Shown: positions 40,606-50,484, counted from the stretch's first letter. The stretch is 64,000 bases of DNA from Planctomycetota bacterium (GCA_044222185.1 JBGANV010000004.1:96001-160000), one strand, 5' to 3'. Notes: generated by a model not told the origin, from the sequence alone. Translations and numbers: made by a program.

Positions 40606-41676
40606 TCACTTCATGTAGCCGGCGAGACGGGCCGCGACGAGATCACAGCACTTCGCGATGGAGTCCGGCTTGATCCGCGCGAAGTCGTCGTGGTGGTCGT
40701 TTTGGAAATCCACGATCACCCACTCGCCGTCGGGCGCGACGAGGTACGTGTGGACGGCGCCGGTGGTGCCATTGGGCGTCATCATGAAGTCCGTGAACAG
40801 GGCATAGTTCGTCGATCCCTTCTGCGTCTTCATCGCGCTGCGAACCGCCTGCGCGCCGCTCCACAGCACGCGCTGCTCGTTCGCGCTCGCCTCGACGCTG
40901 AACGGGAGCGGTTGCTCGGCGGCCGTCGCGCGCATCGAACCCTGCGCTTCGAGCAACATCGCGAGACGCGACGCCGCCTCGCCGGACCACCCCGTTCCCA
41001 GACGCGATGGGTAGACCGTGACCGATGGCTTGGGATTGGCTGCGCGGAGTTTGGCGAGCCGGCCTTGCATGGCGTCCACCTCGGCCCTGGGGGGAAGACC
41101 CGACTTCTGCTCCATTCGCGCCGCCAGCTTGCCGGTCGGCGCATCGGGACGCATGGGATCGGCCATCTTCAACGGCGATCGGAGGCGCTTCACGAGCAGG
41201 ACACAGCAGTCCATGGGGCAGGTCGGCGGGTTCTCGTCGAAAGCGGCGTCACCCTTGCGATGGCTCTCACGCCAGGTGATCGCGCCCGTTCGATCGACCA
41301 TGACGCCGCGGACCTCGTCAACGCCGTCTCCGGGCGTTCCGAGGAATTCCGCGTAAAGGGCGCCGTCGGTTGCGATGCCGCTCTTGGCGACGTGGGCGCC
41401 GAACGCAGCCGTGCGCTCGGCAAAGTTCATCGCCGGATCGGCGACGAACGGCACGCTGGCCGTTTGCACGTCCTCGACGCCGCCGCGCTCGAGGAACATC
41501 CCGACGACGGTGGCCACGTCCTCGCTCGTCTTCGAGGCGAGGAGAACCGGGTAGACGGTCACCGATCGCGTGGCGACGGCGGAGGCGGTCGGCGCTGGCG
41601 AGGTCTCACGACAGCCGCCGAGCAGGGTGAGCAATGTCAACGTGGTGATGGGGGCGTGGACCAGGGATCGGCGCAT
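40606..41676 (-). CDS. Lipoprotein with two internally repeated domains, each ending in a Cys-Cys pair
   Basis: Lipobox LGGC; SVTVYP twice; PPTCPMDCC and IAKCC; GGAG RBS. Confidence 0.8.
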   Translation of the reverse strand: MRRSLVHAPITTLTLLTLLGGCRETSPAPTASAVATRSVTVYPVLLASKTSEDVATVVGMFLERGGVEDVQTASVPFVADPAMNFAERTAAFGAHVAKSGIATDGALYAEFLGTPGDGVDEVRGVMVDRTGAITWRESHRKGDAAFDENPPTCPMDCCVLLVKRLRSPLKMADPMRPDAPTGKLAARMEQKSGLPPRAEVDAMQGRLAKLRAANPKPSVTVYPSRLGTGWSGEAASRLAMLLEAQGSMRATAAEQPLPFSVEASANEQRVLWSGAQAVRSAMKTQKGSTNYALFTDFMMTPNGTTGAVHTYLVAPDGEWVIVDFQNDHHDDFARIKPDSIAKCCDLVAARLAGYMK

Positions 41677-41766
41677 GAGGATGTCTCCGGATTTGTTGTG
41701 TTAGTGAACGCTAACGCAACGGGGGAGACGTTCGGAAGCCCGACTATTTCTGAGGAGGGTGGCGGA

Positions 41767-42387
41767 TCAGGGCTGACGCTTGCCGAGGAGCTGCGGTGCG
41801 ACTTGTTCCCAAAGACGGCGGCGCTGCGCGGGAGTGAGGAGGCCCAGCTCGCGACCGACGCTGCCGATGGTGCCCATGCCGATGAGGGCCCAGGCGGCCA
41901 TTTCCGCGTCGGTGCCCCGCGCGGTGCCCCGGTGTTCCACCAGCCGCCGGACGATGAACTCGTGGTATCGCAAGTACATGCGGCCGAGCGCTTCACGGAC
42001 CTGGGAGTCGTCCGTCTCGCTCAGCCCCGCGAAAACGATGCGGTAGAGGCCGTGTTCTCCGTGGTGGCGGGACTCGAACGCAACCAACCGCTCGGCGGTC
42101 GAGCGCTTGTCGCCGGGCGCCATGAGGTCTTCCCATGCCATCGTGGATGCGTCGTAGACGTGGTCGATCACGGCGATGAACATGGCCTTCTTGTCGGGCC
42201 AGAGCCGGTAGAGAGTGACTTCCTGAACCTCGCAGCGCTGGGCGAGCTCGGCCGTCGTCGTTCGGCGGTAGCCGAGTTCGGCGAAGGTCCTTGCCAAGCG
42301 GGGGAGCAGTTCCTTGCGGCGTTCGACCGATCGGTTGGGGCGTGGAATGGTGCACCTCGAGGGCGTTTTGTGGGTGAACACTGACAT
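41767..42387 (-). CDS. TetR/AcrR family transcriptional regulator
   Basis: FAELGYRRTTTAELAQRCEVQEVTLYRLWPDKKAMF HTH; exact start uncertain. Confidence 0.88.
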   Translation of the reverse strand: MSVFTHKTPSRCTIPRPNRSVERRKELLPRLARTFAELGYRRTTTAELAQRCEVQEVTLYRLWPDKKAMFIAVIDHVYDASTMAWEDLMAPGDKRSTAERLVAFESRHHGEHGLYRIVFAGLSETDDSQVREALGRMYLRYHEFIVRRLVEHRGTARGTDAEMAAWALIGMGTIGSVGRELGLLTPAQRRRLWEQVAPQLLGKRQP

Positions 42388-42434
42388 TCGGGTGCGGTTG
42401 CCGTCAAGCCGTGGCTCCGGACTTTCCGCAGACG

Positions 42435-42824
42435 ATGTATCCTTCCGCCATGCAACGCCGCACGGATCCGCCGACCGAGGACGAGGTGAAGGGCTACTAC
42501 GAGACCCTGCAACAGATCACCTGTGATGACCTGAAGCGGTGGCTGGCGGAGGGGCGGCCGTGCTCGATCCTGGACGTCCGGACCGAAGGCGAATGGCTCG
42601 CGCACCGCATTCCCGGGGCGACGCTCGTTCCCATCCAGGTCCTCGACGAGCGCCTCGAAGACGTGCTTGCGATCCCCGGGCCTCTCGTCGTTCACTGCGA
42701 GCATGGCGTTCGCTCGATGGACGCCTCGCTCTACCTGCTCTGGCAAGGACGCCGGGACGTCGTGAACGTGATCGAAGGCCTGTGCGCGTGGACTGGCCCG
42801 TCCGAGCACGGCCCGAAAACGTAG
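42435..42824 (+). CDS. Rhodanese-like sulfurtransferase
   Basis: ILDVRTEGEW, RIPGA, HCEHGVRS active-site loop, EGLCAW. Confidence 0.88.
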   Translation: MYPSAMQRRTDPPTEDEVKGYYETLQQITCDDLKRWLAEGRPCSILDVRTEGEWLAHRIPGATLVPIQVLDERLEDVLAIPGPLVVHCEHGVRSMDASLYLLWQGRRDVVNVIEGLCAWTGPSEHGPKT

Positions 42825-42923
42825 CCGCGCGTCGAAGGGAACCGCGCAAGAGCGCCGGTTTCTCGACCGCCCGAGGGGCGAGAACCGGAGCGCCCGAGCG
42901 ACGAGCAGGCGAGCGACGAGCGA

Positions 42924-43155
42924 CGGAGCGCCAGTTCACCGCCGTCTCGGCGGGAACTGGCCGGATCGCCGCGCGTCCCGCGCGGTCCAACGGGCGTGGA
43001 TTGGGGTTCAGTGCGAGATCACTGACATCGGCATGATCCTCGAATGCAAACCCCCGATGTCGCATCGGCCGGACCGGACTCCTCGGCTGCGCCTCGGTAG
43101 TCCGGCGATCCTGCCGGTCGCGTCGTCGCTGGCGCGACGAGTCGGCCGGCGCTCC
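42924..43155. repeat. 232-bp structured element, copy 1
   Basis: Direct repeat of 43253..43484 with 8 substitutions; ends GGAGCGCC/GGCGCTCC are complementary; multiple internal hairpins. Confidence 0.9.
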
Positions 43156-43252
43156 TCGCGGCGGCTCTTCGATTGCGGGGTGATTGGAGGCTTTCCGACG
43201 GACTCCCGCGTTCCTTTGCCGACGGCCCGCCTGCGCGCGCGGAGGTTCGCGT

Positions 43253-43484
43253 CGGAGCGCCAGGTCACCGCCGCCTCGGCGGGAACTGGCCGGATCGCCG
43301 CGCGTCCCGCGCGGTCCAACGGGCGTGGATTGGGGTTCAGTGCGAGATCACTGACGCCGGCATGATCCTCGAATGCAAACCCCCAATCTCGCATCGGCCG
43401 GACCGGACTCCTCGGCTTCGCCTCGGTAGTCCGGCGATCCTGCCGGTCGCGTCGTCGCTGACGCGACGAGTCGGCCGGCGCTCC
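43253..43484. repeat. 232-bp structured element, copy 2
   Basis: Offset 329 bp from copy 1; bounded by TCGGAGCGCC (43252-43261) and GGCGCTCCGA (43477-43486). Confidence 0.9.
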
Positions 43485-43486
43485 GA

Positions 43487-45778
43487 TCATTTCACTCGTT
43501 CCCAGCCGGCGGGCCAGACGATGTCCTTCGCACGTTCAGGCGGCGACACGTCGAGGCGGACGATCCGGCCCCCGGCGGCCTCGCAGGTGACCGTCGTGTT
43601 CGCCGCAGCGTGAAGCGTGAACGACACGTCCCACTCCTTCGGCCACGCGGGAAGCAGCGCAATCCGCCCACCGGCCTCGATCGACTCGCCCTGGAGCAGC
43701 ATGAGCTGCGTCGTGTTCAGCAAATTCCCGCCGTGGTTCTGATCAGGCAGCCAGTCGTAATTGGGCCCCCACGTCGCCGGCCACCGATACGCCTTGTGCG
43801 AATTGGCGCACTTCACCTTCAGGATGCGCGCCGCTTCGTTCGCCATGCCGAGAGTCGCCGCTACGTTCCCGTCATAGCCCCAGCCGGAATCGAGATGGTT
43901 CTTGCGCGTGTCGTAAGCCGTCATCGCCTCCGGCATCCATTTCGGATCGAGCGTCGACACCAGCCGGAACGGCCACACGGCATACAACTGCCCATTCTCG
44001 CAGTTGCTCTCCGTCTTGTCGTATCGCGAAGCCGGCGCGAGAGCGCGCTTCGTCCCTGCGGGAACCGCGACGTCCTGGATCGGCAGTTCCGGGCACGCAT
44101 CCCGCATGTGTCGGAAGAACGCCCGCTGCTCGACGGTCGTTTCCGACTCCGGCAACGCGACGAGCCGCCGGGTCACGGCGATCAACCCCGCGACCGACGG
44201 CATGTCGTCGACGACTCCCGACCAATACGTCTCCACCACCTGCGTGGGATCGAGGACGATCCGCCCTCGATCGTCCTTCCTGAACCGCGTGTCGAACCAA
44301 GTGAGCACGTCCTGCGCCATGGGCAGTGCCCGTCGCCGCAGGAACCCCGTGTCTCGCGTGAAGTCCCATCGGTCGAGCATCAACGCCACGAGCTCAGGCC
44401 CCTGGTTCCAGGCGTCGTCCCACCACGGGCACTGAACGTCCTTCGGCTTCAACCCCTCGCGCTTCCATCCGTAGTCACCGCCCGAGTACGTGCCGAACAG
44501 CGTCATGGTCTCGGGGAAGTATGCGCCTGCGCATCCGTGATAGATCGCGGACCGATTGTTCGCGAGCGCCCGCGACGCCTCATACAGCCGAAATAGCGGA
44601 TTCATCATCTCCACGTCGCCCGACGTGAGCATGGGGTGATACATGTGCCGCACGTTCTGCCACCAATGGCAATCGCCCCAGTTGCGGTAATCCGGATCGA
44701 AGTTCTGTCCCAGCGCGACCGGCTCGACCGTGTAGAACCCACCGTTGAACTTGATCGGCCACGCGCCGCGCCCCTGGCAGGCCTGCACGAAGCGCTGAAG
44801 CATGTAGCCCCGCGTGATCGACGCGCCCACCTCCGGCGTCGCCGGACTGGAGACGAACACGCTCGCGCGCCGCCAGAATGCGTCCCACCAGGCTCGCGTG
44901 CGCGCGACGGCCGCCCGCGAATCCCGTGACCGCGCCGCCTCGCGCTCGAGGCCGCGCTTCCAAGCGTCGACCGACTCCGTCACGTCCGTGTGCGTGGCGA
45001 CCCGGAGCTCGAACGTCGTCATGGGATCGCGACTGTGGATAGTCCGCGCATCCGATCTCACGAATCCCTCTCCCTCGAGGCACCCGCCGAACGTCCGCCG
45101 GTAGATCGGATCGAACGTGCCGACGACGCCCGTCAGCGATTGCAGTTCGAGGAGACGCGGTACGACGGTCGTCTCGTTGCGGTGGTACCAGGTGATCGCG
45201 TTGCCCGTTTCTTCGAACACGTCCGCCGATTCCACGAGGTCGAAGGGCGCATCGTGGACGGCCCAAGCCGATCGCTGCTCCGCTCCCGTGATCTTTCGCG
45301 GCGCATTGCGCCAGCATTCGACGGAGGCCGTGATCGATCGCGCCACGGGCGACTCTCCGGCGACGTGAACGACGCCCGCGTCACTGTCGACGAAGATCGC
45401 GAGGCGCGTGCTGCGCCCCGAGATCGTGATCATTCCCGTCCGGAGGTGGACCTCCTGGACGAAATCTCCTGCGTTCCTGAACGGCGCCCGCTCGATCGTC
45501 AGCCGGATCCGTCCGAGTTTCAGGACGCGGCTGATCTCCGAAACCGAGTCCGTTCGCGCGACGAGGATCAGCACGTCGCCGGTCGCCGCTTCGACCCAGA
45601 CGTTGAGCACGACCTCGCCGTTGCCGAGCGGCATGGAGCCGGCGGCGTCCTTGGACGGCGATTCCCAGCGCACGTTCTGCCCGTCGAGGCGCGACTCCCA
45701 GCTCGGTCTCGAGTCTTGTGAGGCGCTCATTCGCGCGGCGGCGAGAAGCACCATGGCGATGAGGACTGGCGATCTCAT
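43487..45778 (-). CDS. Exported DUF5703 / GH95-like glycoside hydrolase
   Basis: SMPLGNGE, PIKFNGG, DYRNWG...WWQNVRHMY, LYAVWPF, WPATWGPNYDWLPDQNHGG, LLPAWPKEWDV; start at MRSPVL. Confidence 0.85.
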   Translation of the reverse strand: MRSPVLIAMVLLAAARMSASQDSRPSWESRLDGQNVRWESPSKDAAGSMPLGNGEVVLNVWVEAATGDVLILVARTDSVSEISRVLKLGRIRLTIERAPFRNAGDFVQEVHLRTGMITISGRSTRLAIFVDSDAGVVHVAGESPVARSITASVECWRNAPRKITGAEQRSAWAVHDAPFDLVESADVFEETGNAITWYHRNETTVVPRLLELQSLTGVVGTFDPIYRRTFGGCLEGEGFVRSDARTIHSRDPMTTFELRVATHTDVTESVDAWKRGLEREAARSRDSRAAVARTRAWWDAFWRRASVFVSSPATPEVGASITRGYMLQRFVQACQGRGAWPIKFNGGFYTVEPVALGQNFDPDYRNWGDCHWWQNVRHMYHPMLTSGDVEMMNPLFRLYEASRALANNRSAIYHGCAGAYFPETMTLFGTYSGGDYGWKREGLKPKDVQCPWWDDAWNQGPELVALMLDRWDFTRDTGFLRRRALPMAQDVLTWFDTRFRKDDRGRIVLDPTQVVETYWSGVVDDMPSVAGLIAVTRRLVALPESETTVEQRAFFRHMRDACPELPIQDVAVPAGTKRALAPASRYDKTESNCENGQLYAVWPFRLVSTLDPKWMPEAMTAYDTRKNHLDSGWGYDGNVAATLGMANEAARILKVKCANSHKAYRWPATWGPNYDWLPDQNHGGNLLNTTQLMLLQGESIEAGGRIALLPAWPKEWDVSFTLHAAANTTVTCEAAGGRIVRLDVSPPERAKDIVWPAGWERVK

Positions 45779-45868
45779 GACGATCTCCGTCGGCGGCGGC
45801 GGTGCCGCAGGTGCATCGTACAGGCGTCGGGTCGGGACGGCCGCGAGACGGTGCTGTAGACTTCGAGC

Positions 45869-46618
45869 ATGGCTCTCGCGGACGACTACGAGCGGCAGTT
45901 CGGGTGGCGCAGCTGGGATGTCGCGATGGACGCGCTTCCACCGACGCATGGCGCGCTGATCCTCGATCTGGGTTGCGGCATCGGAGACCAGGCCGCCATG
46001 CTGGCCGCGCGCGGAGCGCGGGTCATCGGCATCGACGGGAACGAGGAGTTGCTGGCGGCGGCGCGCAAGCCCGCGCGGCCCGGCGTCGAGTTCCGGCTCC
46101 ATGACCTCCGCGCGATCCCCGAGTCCGCCGTGCTCGCGGACGGGATCTGGGCGAGCTTCAGCGCGGCGTACTTCGTGGACCTCGTGCCCGTGCTTCGGTC
46201 GTGGACGACCCTCCTTCGACCGGGCGGCTGGGTGGCGCTGACCGAGATCGACGACCTCTTCGGGCACGAACCTCTGAGTGCGGAGGCCAAGGCCGCCTTC
46301 GAAGCCTATTCCGCCGATGCGCTGCTGCACGCGCGATACGACTTTCACATGGGACGGAAGCTCCGCCGCAACCTCGAGGCGGCCGGGCTCCGCGTCGAGA
46401 AGGAACTGGTGCTTCCCGATCGCGAGCTCGCGTTCGACGGCCCCGCGGCCTCCGACGTCCTCGCTGCATGGAGCGCGCGCCTCGACCGGATGAAGCTGCT
46501 TCACGACCATTGCGGCGCGCGCTTTCCGGCGATTCGCGACGAGTTCCTCGCGTGCCTCGGACGCGGCGATCACCGATCGACGTCCGCAGTGCGTTTCTGC
46601 CTCGCCACGCGCACGTGA
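45869..46618 (+). CDS. Class I SAM-dependent methyltransferase
   Basis: ILDLGCGIG, VIGID, LLRPGGW. Confidence 0.85.
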   Translation: MALADDYERQFGWRSWDVAMDALPPTHGALILDLGCGIGDQAAMLAARGARVIGIDGNEELLAAARKPARPGVEFRLHDLRAIPESAVLADGIWASFSAAYFVDLVPVLRSWTTLLRPGGWVALTEIDDLFGHEPLSAEAKAAFEAYSADALLHARYDFHMGRKLRRNLEAAGLRVEKELVLPDRELAFDGPAASDVLAAWSARLDRMKLLHDHCGARFPAIRDEFLACLGRGDHRSTSAVRFCLATRT

Positions 46619-46630
46619 CGCGCCGTCCGT

Positions 46631-47476
46631 TCACATCCGCGCGAGGAACAGCAGAACGCCCGCGCCGACGAGCAAGCGGTAAAGCGCGAACGGGATGAAT
46701 CCGCTGCGTCGCACCCACTTCGTGAACCACTTCACCACGAACACGGCGACGAGGAACGACACGAGAAATCCGATTGCGAGCGCAGTTTTCTGGTGGAACG
46801 TCATGGCCGGGTGCGGCGCCTCGCCGGCCGACGGCTTCAGATCCTTCACGAACGCGAACACCGTGGCGACGAGCATGGTCGGAAGCGAGACGAAGAACGA
46901 GAACTCGAGCGCTACCGATCGCGAGAGGCCGAGCATCTGGCCGGCGGCGATCGTGCACATGGACCGGCTCGTCCCGGGGAACACCGCCGACAGCGTCTGC
47001 ACGAGGCCGATGATCAGCGCCTGTCGGATCGTCATGTCCTCGAGTCGCTCGACGCGTGGCGCGCGGAACTGCACGTCAACGAGCCACATGATGACACCGC
47101 CGACGACGAGGGCGATGCCGATGACGGTCAGGCTTTCGAGGTTCGTGTCGATGAGCTTGCGGAGGGCGAACGCGGGGACTGCCGTCCCGAGGAAGGCCAG
47201 CATCACGAGGCCGACCGGATGGGCCAGTGCGCTATCAGCGCGAAATGGTCGCGGAAACGTCTTCGCGAACCCGGCGATCCGTTCCCAGAAGCAAAAAGGC
47301 AGCGCGAGGACGGCGCCGAGCTGGATGACGATCGAGAACATCTTCCAGTACGGCGAGTCCAGTTCGAGACTGAACAGCTTTTCGAAGATCCGCAGGTGCG
47401 CCGTCGAGCTGACGGGGAGGAACTCGGTGAGGCCTTCGACGATCCCGAGGATCCCGGCCAGGAAGTTGATGTTCAC
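46631..47476 (-). CDS. uppP: Undecaprenyl-diphosphate phosphatase
   Basis: GIVEGLTEFLPVSSTAHL, IQLGA, PGTSRS, EFSFF. Confidence 0.95.
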   Translation of the reverse strand: MNINFLAGILGIVEGLTEFLPVSSTAHLRIFEKLFSLELDSPYWKMFSIVIQLGAVLALPFCFWERIAGFAKTFPRPFRADSALAHPVGLVMLAFLGTAVPAFALRKLIDTNLESLTVIGIALVVGGVIMWLVDVQFRAPRVERLEDMTIRQALIIGLVQTLSAVFPGTSRSMCTIAAGQMLGLSRSVALEFSFFVSLPTMLVATVFAFVKDLKPSAGEAPHPAMTFHQKTALAIGFLVSFLVAVFVVKWFTKWVRRSGFIPFALYRLLVGAGVLLFLARM

Positions 47477-47587
47477 GGGCGCTCCGCGCCGCCGACGCGG
47501 CGGCGGCGCCACGGTATCGGCGGCGGGCCGTCAGGCAATGGCACTTTGAGCTGGAGATGAGTGCGCGCGTGACGCGACGATGTCGCG

Positions 47588-49273
47588 TCAGAGATTGATC
47601 GTCGCGAGCGTGGAGTAGTCGTTGCCGAAGACGTCTTTTCGAATGAAGACGAATTGCGTCGGGCCGTTGGAGAGGAACGGCGTGCACAGCGTGAACGATT
47701 GAGTGGCCCCGGGGAGGAGCGGGAGGCTCTCCTGGCCGGTCGTGTAACCGTTGGATTGCGAGAGCTGCACTTCGAGCGAGCCGTCGAGTGCCGCGTTCAC
47801 GAGGCTTCCGCCGGTGAACGACGCGGCGCACGTCGCGAAGGGGCTTCCGGCGTTCGACAGCGTCACAGTCGCACCGGGAGCGAAATATCCTGGGCACGCG
47901 GCCAGCACCTGCGATGGGTTCGTCGCCACGTCGACGGCGCCGCGGAGCGGGATGTTCGTCAGCGTCAGCGGCGTGCTCGCGTCGTTCCAGTTGATCGTGA
48001 TGGTGTATTGATCGACGGGCAGCGCGCCCGACTCGATCCGCGGCAGCCGGGAAGTGCCTGACGCGGCCAGTTCCACGTTGAGGTTCCAGTATCCGCCGTA
48101 GGAGGTGAGCGATTGGGTGCCGGAACTGGCCGACGTCGACTGGTTCGTGCCGTTCACCGTGAGGAGTTGCGGCCCCGTGCATGTCACCGAGCTGATGCCG
48201 GCATGCAGATTCCTCTCGTCGAAGATGTCCACGTTGAGAAACGCGCTGACGCCTTGGTTCGCTGCCGTGGTCGTTGCTGCCGGCCCGAGCTGCAACCGCA
48301 CTTCGACGTCGACGGGGAGCTGGTCACCGTCGAATCGCCACACGCCACCCTGCTCGATCGCGCGGAGGTTGAAGAGCCGGCTGCGCGAACTGAGCGGCGG
48401 CAGCGGCGAGCACGATGGCGTGAGGTGTTCACGAAGTTCCATGTAGGCCGTCACTGCCTGGCCGGCAGTGGGTGCGCCGCTCGGCAGCGACCCCGAGGAT
48501 GCCGTGTTCGGACCGAGTCCAAGGAAGTCGGCCGGGCCGGGCACTCCATCCGACGAGGGGAGATTCTCCTGGATCGACGACGCGAGGAACTGGCCCCCGT
48601 TGCTCCCCGCGATCATGAAGCCGGGCGTGAGCAGGCTCATCAGATAGAGCGGGTTCGTCGGGGACGTCGAATACGCATCGACGGTGTTGCGGAAGAGCAC
48701 GTCGAGCGTGGGGTCGGTCTGGACGCGCACGGTGCCGGTCAGGCGGACTCCCGATGCCACGGTCGGGTCGAAGACCGCGGCCTGGAGATTCAGCGCGGGC
48801 GTGCCGGCGGGCAGTCCCGACGCCGCCACGAACGTCCACGCGCCCGACGAGCCCGTGTTTGCACCGAGGCTCAAGAAGTTCGGCGGAATGGGTGAGTATC
48901 CGTCGGCGATCAACTGGGATTGGAGGAGGTCCAATTCGATGCGCTGCGTTCCCACGATCGTCGGACTGGCTGCGATGGGTCCCAGCAGCAGCACGACCGG
49001 TCGTCCCGTATTGCCCTGCACGCGGAATTCGAGCGAGGTCAGCGGTGCCGTTCGATGTGTGTAGGCCGGCGCCACCGTCGATGGCGTTCCTGCCGTCTGT
49101 GAGTTCGTTGCGATGAGCGCACCGACCGGGTTCACGCGGCCCGTGCCGTTGATCGACAGCGCGCCCTGTGCCGAGTTCAATTGCGCCTGGCCCGAAGCGA
49201 TGGTGGTGCACACGCACAACGTGATCACCGATGACACGAACGCAGCACACTGGCGGTTGGAGCTTCTGACCAT
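47588..49273 (-). CDS. Hypothetical exported protein carrying the recurring domain near its N-terminus
   Basis: Signal peptide ending ASG-Q; VQGNTGRPVVLLLG...LNLQAAVFDPTVASGVRLT; S/T/G-rich. Confidence 0.75.
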   Translation of the reverse strand: MVRSSNRQCAAFVSSVITLCVCTTIASGQAQLNSAQGALSINGTGRVNPVGALIATNSQTAGTPSTVAPAYTHRTAPLTSLEFRVQGNTGRPVVLLLGPIAASPTIVGTQRIELDLLQSQLIADGYSPIPPNFLSLGANTGSSGAWTFVAASGLPAGTPALNLQAAVFDPTVASGVRLTGTVRVQTDPTLDVLFRNTVDAYSTSPTNPLYLMSLLTPGFMIAGSNGGQFLASSIQENLPSSDGVPGPADFLGLGPNTASSGSLPSGAPTAGQAVTAYMELREHLTPSCSPLPPLSSRSRLFNLRAIEQGGVWRFDGDQLPVDVEVRLQLGPAATTTAANQGVSAFLNVDIFDERNLHAGISSVTCTGPQLLTVNGTNQSTSASSGTQSLTSYGGYWNLNVELAASGTSRLPRIESGALPVDQYTITINWNDASTPLTLTNIPLRGAVDVATNPSQVLAACPGYFAPGATVTLSNAGSPFATCAASFTGGSLVNAALDGSLEVQLSQSNGYTTGQESLPLLPGATQSFTLCTPFLSNGPTQFVFIRKDVFGNDYSTLATINL

Positions 49274-49514
49274 GGCACGACCTCGCGGACGGAGCCTGCG
49301 ACCTGGAACTTCGAATGGGAGATCATAGGGCGAGACTCGCGCGTCTCGCAACGGCGAGCTCGCCGCTCGTGAGGCCATTTGCCGTGATTTCGCAACTCGA
49401 CGTCAACGCGCGCCTTCTTGGCGGTGGTCGACGACGGGAACGGTCGGGTGGCTTCACTGTCTTCGGCCGAAACCCCGTGATCTGAGTGGCAGGCGAGGGT
49501 GTAGGATCTGCCGC

Positions 49515-50414
49515 ATGCCCGTCGTGCGATGGCTTCCGTGGTTCGCCGGTTTGCGAGTCGCACCGCTCATGGCGATGTGTTGCCTGGCGATCGCCATGGG
49601 ACTCGGAGCCTGCTCGAAGCCGCCCCCGGACGCCACGCCAAAGGACGATGCGGCGCCCCTGCCGATCCGCGTGCCAGTCGTCGACTTCGGTGAGGACGAG
49701 CCGACAGCGCAACCGGGGATCCAGATTCGCGTCGAGGTCTTCCACCTGCCGCGGCTCCGCGTTCGGTGTGATGCGTGTGATGCGGGTCGGTGCTGTCTCG
49801 AGGAGTCGCATCATCGGACTCTCGTCAATGGTGTTGAGAGGACCTTCGCTGACCTCCGTGATGGCGTTGAGGCGACCTTCGCGGACCTCCGTGCGCGCGT
49901 GGCGGCGCGCGCCAACCCGCATGCCGAGGTGGGGCGGCTTGAATGGCTGCCCCGCACGGTGATCGTGCGCATGGACGAAGGATGTGCGTTTGAATGGTTC
50001 GAGCGAATCGCCGAAGCGGCAGCGTCGGTGATCCGGGATTGCCCCTGCATCGCAGTCGAAGCGGTAGCGCGAGACAGTCGGAAGCCTGTCCTGGTCTGGC
50101 TTCGCACGCCCCCAGACTGCATGGGCATCGGTCGCCTGCATATGATCGCCGGCATGACCGGGCCGGGACCCGACGCGCACGTCTGGCGGTACTTCGGCAG
50201 TGAGACGATCCCGGACGGCGAAGTCAGTGACTCGCAGCTACGGGCTTCCCTCCAGCGGGAATTGGCCGACCCCGACGTTCGCGAGCCGCGGCTCGTCCTC
50301 GATATTTCGCCACGCGTCGCCATGAAGGAGGTCGTTCACCTCATCGACATCGCTCGATCCGCTGGGTTCAAAGGCGAAATCAGTTTCGTGTGGCCGTCGC
50401 GCCCAATCCGGTAG
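49515..50414 (+). CDS. Lipoprotein with ExbD/TolR-like domains
   Basis: Lipobox LGAC; VIVRMDEGCAFEW and LVLDISPRVAMKEVVHLIDIARSAGFKGEISF resemble ExbD periplasmic domains. Confidence 0.6.
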   Translation: MPVVRWLPWFAGLRVAPLMAMCCLAIAMGLGACSKPPPDATPKDDAAPLPIRVPVVDFGEDEPTAQPGIQIRVEVFHLPRLRVRCDACDAGRCCLEESHHRTLVNGVERTFADLRDGVEATFADLRARVAARANPHAEVGRLEWLPRTVIVRMDEGCAFEWFERIAEAAASVIRDCPCIAVEAVARDSRKPVLVWLRTPPDCMGIGRLHMIAGMTGPGPDAHVWRYFGSETIPDGEVSDSQLRASLQRELADPDVREPRLVLDISPRVAMKEVVHLIDIARSAGFKGEISFVWPSRPIR

Positions 50415-50484
50415 ACGTGCGCCGCAAGCCGTCGAAGCCCGGGTCGATTGAAATCAGTCAGCTACTCGAACGTCGTGTCGAACG

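Noticed and set aside
42924-43484. CRISPR array or protein-coding repeat
   Set aside because: Only two 232-bp units, no repeat-spacer periodicity and no cas genes; the overlapping ORFs are Arg/Pro-rich and not protein-like.
43487-46573. 1028-aa version of the glycoside hydrolase
   Set aside because: The first 265 codons are the antisense shadow of the methyltransferase at 45869..46618; the signal peptide starts at 45778.
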